NCBI GenBank assembly: GCA_051382305.1
Contig: JBBCAV010000317.1
Coordinates: forward strand, 1-48,370
DNA length: 48,370 nt
Origin: Bdellovibrionota bacterium FG-2
GTDB taxonomy: Bacteria; Bdellovibrionota; UBA1018
Reading direction: 5' to 3'
This document shows, piece by piece, positions 47,021 to 48,370 of the stretch; the stretch's first letter is position 1, and the number at the start of each line of letters is the position of its first letter. Under the pieces are notes generated by a model. It was not told the DNA's origin. It did no database searches and saw only the letters and a program-made list of their open reading frames with translations. Made by a program: the position numbers and the translations under genes.

Positions 47021-48370
47021 ATGGCCGAACCCTTAACCGCTGAAACCGTACTCCCGTATTTCGAACGTGCAAAAACTGCGCAAATGCATTGGCAAGCCCT
47101 TGGAGCTAAAAAGCGCGCGGTCTTCTTATCGCTTCTTCGAGAAACACTTCTGAATCACGCGGATGACCTTGTTGTCTTTTTGTCCGATCAAACTGAAAAA
47201 CCCCCTTTTGAAGTCCTCTCCACCGACCTGCTTCCCGCCACCGAGATGCTTGATTATTACTCAAAACAGGCGCCAAAACTCCTGCGAGATCGCCACATTC
47301 ACTCGGGCCTCTTAAAATTCAAAAAGAACACGCTCAACCATTGGCCCCTTGGTGTGGTCATGGTTCTTTCTTCTTCTAGGAATTCCTTTTTTCTCCCCCT
47401 TACCCAAATCATGCTCGCGCTCGTGGCCGGCAATGCTGTTCTCTTTAAGCCCAGCAAAAAAACCGCAGCCGTCGGCTTGCGAATTCAAGAAGTCTTTGAA
47501 GAGGCGGGTTTTCCCCCTTATTTACTTCAAACCATTGTGGGGGGGGCGGACACCGGCGCCTTACTGGTCGCCCAAAAGCCTGCAAAAATATTTTTCTCCG
47601 GCCACGCCGAGGCGGCCAAAAGAGTCCTCGCGGATGCGGCCAAAACCCTCGTCCCTGTCTCACTCGAAATCAGCGGAAAAGAGGTCCTCCTTGTTCTTCC
47701 TGATGCAAACCTCGATCTTGCCACGAGTGCCGTTCTTTGGGGCGCGTGTAGCCGCGCCACACGACTTAATGGCCCGATCGAACTTATTTTAGCGCACGAG
47801 CGAATTATCCGCCCCTTCACCGCCTTGCTTGAAGAAAAAACCAAGAAAACACATTCCGATCTCACACGAAGCTTTAAGCTCCTCACCGGATCAGATGCGG
47901 ATAAGTTTGACTTTCTCTCTGAGCGAAGTGCCGAACCCACTCTTTCTATTCAGCCGTTTCGCTCCGTCTCAGACGCCGTACACAAGGCAAATCAGAACCA
48001 GCACGGCATCGTAGTTAGCGTCATGACTCGAAACCACCGCCTCGGCGAGCAAATCGCTCGCCAACTTGAGGTGGGGGCAATCATAATTAATGATGTCGCC
48101 TTTTCTGGCGGCTCCCGCGAAACCACTTGGGGCGGGGTCAAAGAAACTGGCCTTGCAAAAACTCGCTGCGGAACCGGCCTTTCTGACTATGTTAACATCC
48201 GACACATTCACAAACCCCGATCAAGCCTCTTCGTTTTCAAAGCGCTGTGGTGGTTTCCTTATTCGCCTTTTCAGTTTGCCGTCTTCCGGACCTTCTTGGA
48301 CCTCTTTCGCCAGCACTGGACCGACCGCGCGCGGACCTTCCCCCATTTTTTGTGGAACCTCGTTCAGCTT
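47021..48370 (+). CDS. Aldehyde dehydrogenase-like protein with degenerate catalytic motifs (3' end outside window; absent from the ORF track)
   Basis: Open frame from ATG 47021 to the window end, with PLGVV, ALVAGNAVLFKPS, VSLEISGK, DANLD, LEVGAIIIND and WGGVKETG. Confidence 0.8.
   Translation, partial: MAEPLTAETVLPYFERAKTAQMHWQALGAKKRAVFLSLLRETLLNHADDLVVFLSDQTEKPPFEVLSTDLLPATEMLDYYSKQAPKLLRDRHIHSGLLKFKKNTLNHWPLGVVMVLSSSRNSFFLPLTQIMLALVAGNAVLFKPSKKTAAVGLRIQEVFEEAGFPPYLLQTIVGGADTGALLVAQKPAKIFFSGHAEAAKRVLADAAKTLVPVSLEISGKEVLLVLPDANLDLATSAVLWGACSRATRLNGPIELILAHERIIRPFTALLEEKTKKTHSDLTRSFKLLTGSDADKFDFLSERSAEPTLSIQPFRSVSDAVHKANQNQHGIVVSVMTRNHRLGEQIARQLEVGAIIINDVAFSGGSRETTWGGVKETGLAKTRCGTGLSDYVNIRHIHKPRSSLFVFKALWWFPYSPFQFAVFRTFLDLFRQHWTDRARTFPHFLWNLVQL

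Noticed and set aside
214-48211. The many short overlapping or antisense ORFs in the supplied track
   Set aside because: They are shadows of well-supported genes, with no motifs or RBS support.
1-48370. CRISPR array, rRNA genes, IS transposases, prophage genes
   Set aside because: No repeat-spacer periodicity or recognisable signatures were seen.

Overview
Bacterial chromosome segment of roughly 50% GC using genetic code 11. Gene content suggests a Bdellovibrionota/deltaproteobacterium-like host (inference only). From left to right: (1) a Leptospira-type heme operon, hemA'-hemC(D)-hemB-hemL-sensor kinase-response regulator-hemE-hemN-hemY; (2) an accessory block with an HNH pseudogene, an S8 protease/unknown/ADP-ribosyltransferase-like cassette, a Pro/Ser-rich lipoprotein and an ATPase pseudogene; (3) nucleotidyltransferase, a free-standing IleRS editing (CP1) domain, lspA, lgt, plsY-like, a BtuFCD-like ABC transporter and an SDR; (4) alkD-like and an amidinotransferase; (5) a glycogen cluster with a synthase-phosphorylase fusion, pit/DUF47, tdh-kbl, a GAF-PAS kinase and dihydropyrimidinase; (6) a complete group II intron, a frameshifted lipoprotein, tRNA-Gly(CCC), a compact NrdJ and a degenerate ALDH running off the end. 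Two observations stand out. First, the intron's host locus reassembles into a ~270-nt sigma54-type, end-paired RNA with a sequestered maximal Shine-Dalgarno and a small ORF, resembling a type I toxin-antitoxin mRNA. Second, ileS is reduced almost exactly to its editing domain yet remains coupled to lspA. Strand compositional bias also flips at the intron locus. All family calls come from motif recognition by eye; no database searches were run.
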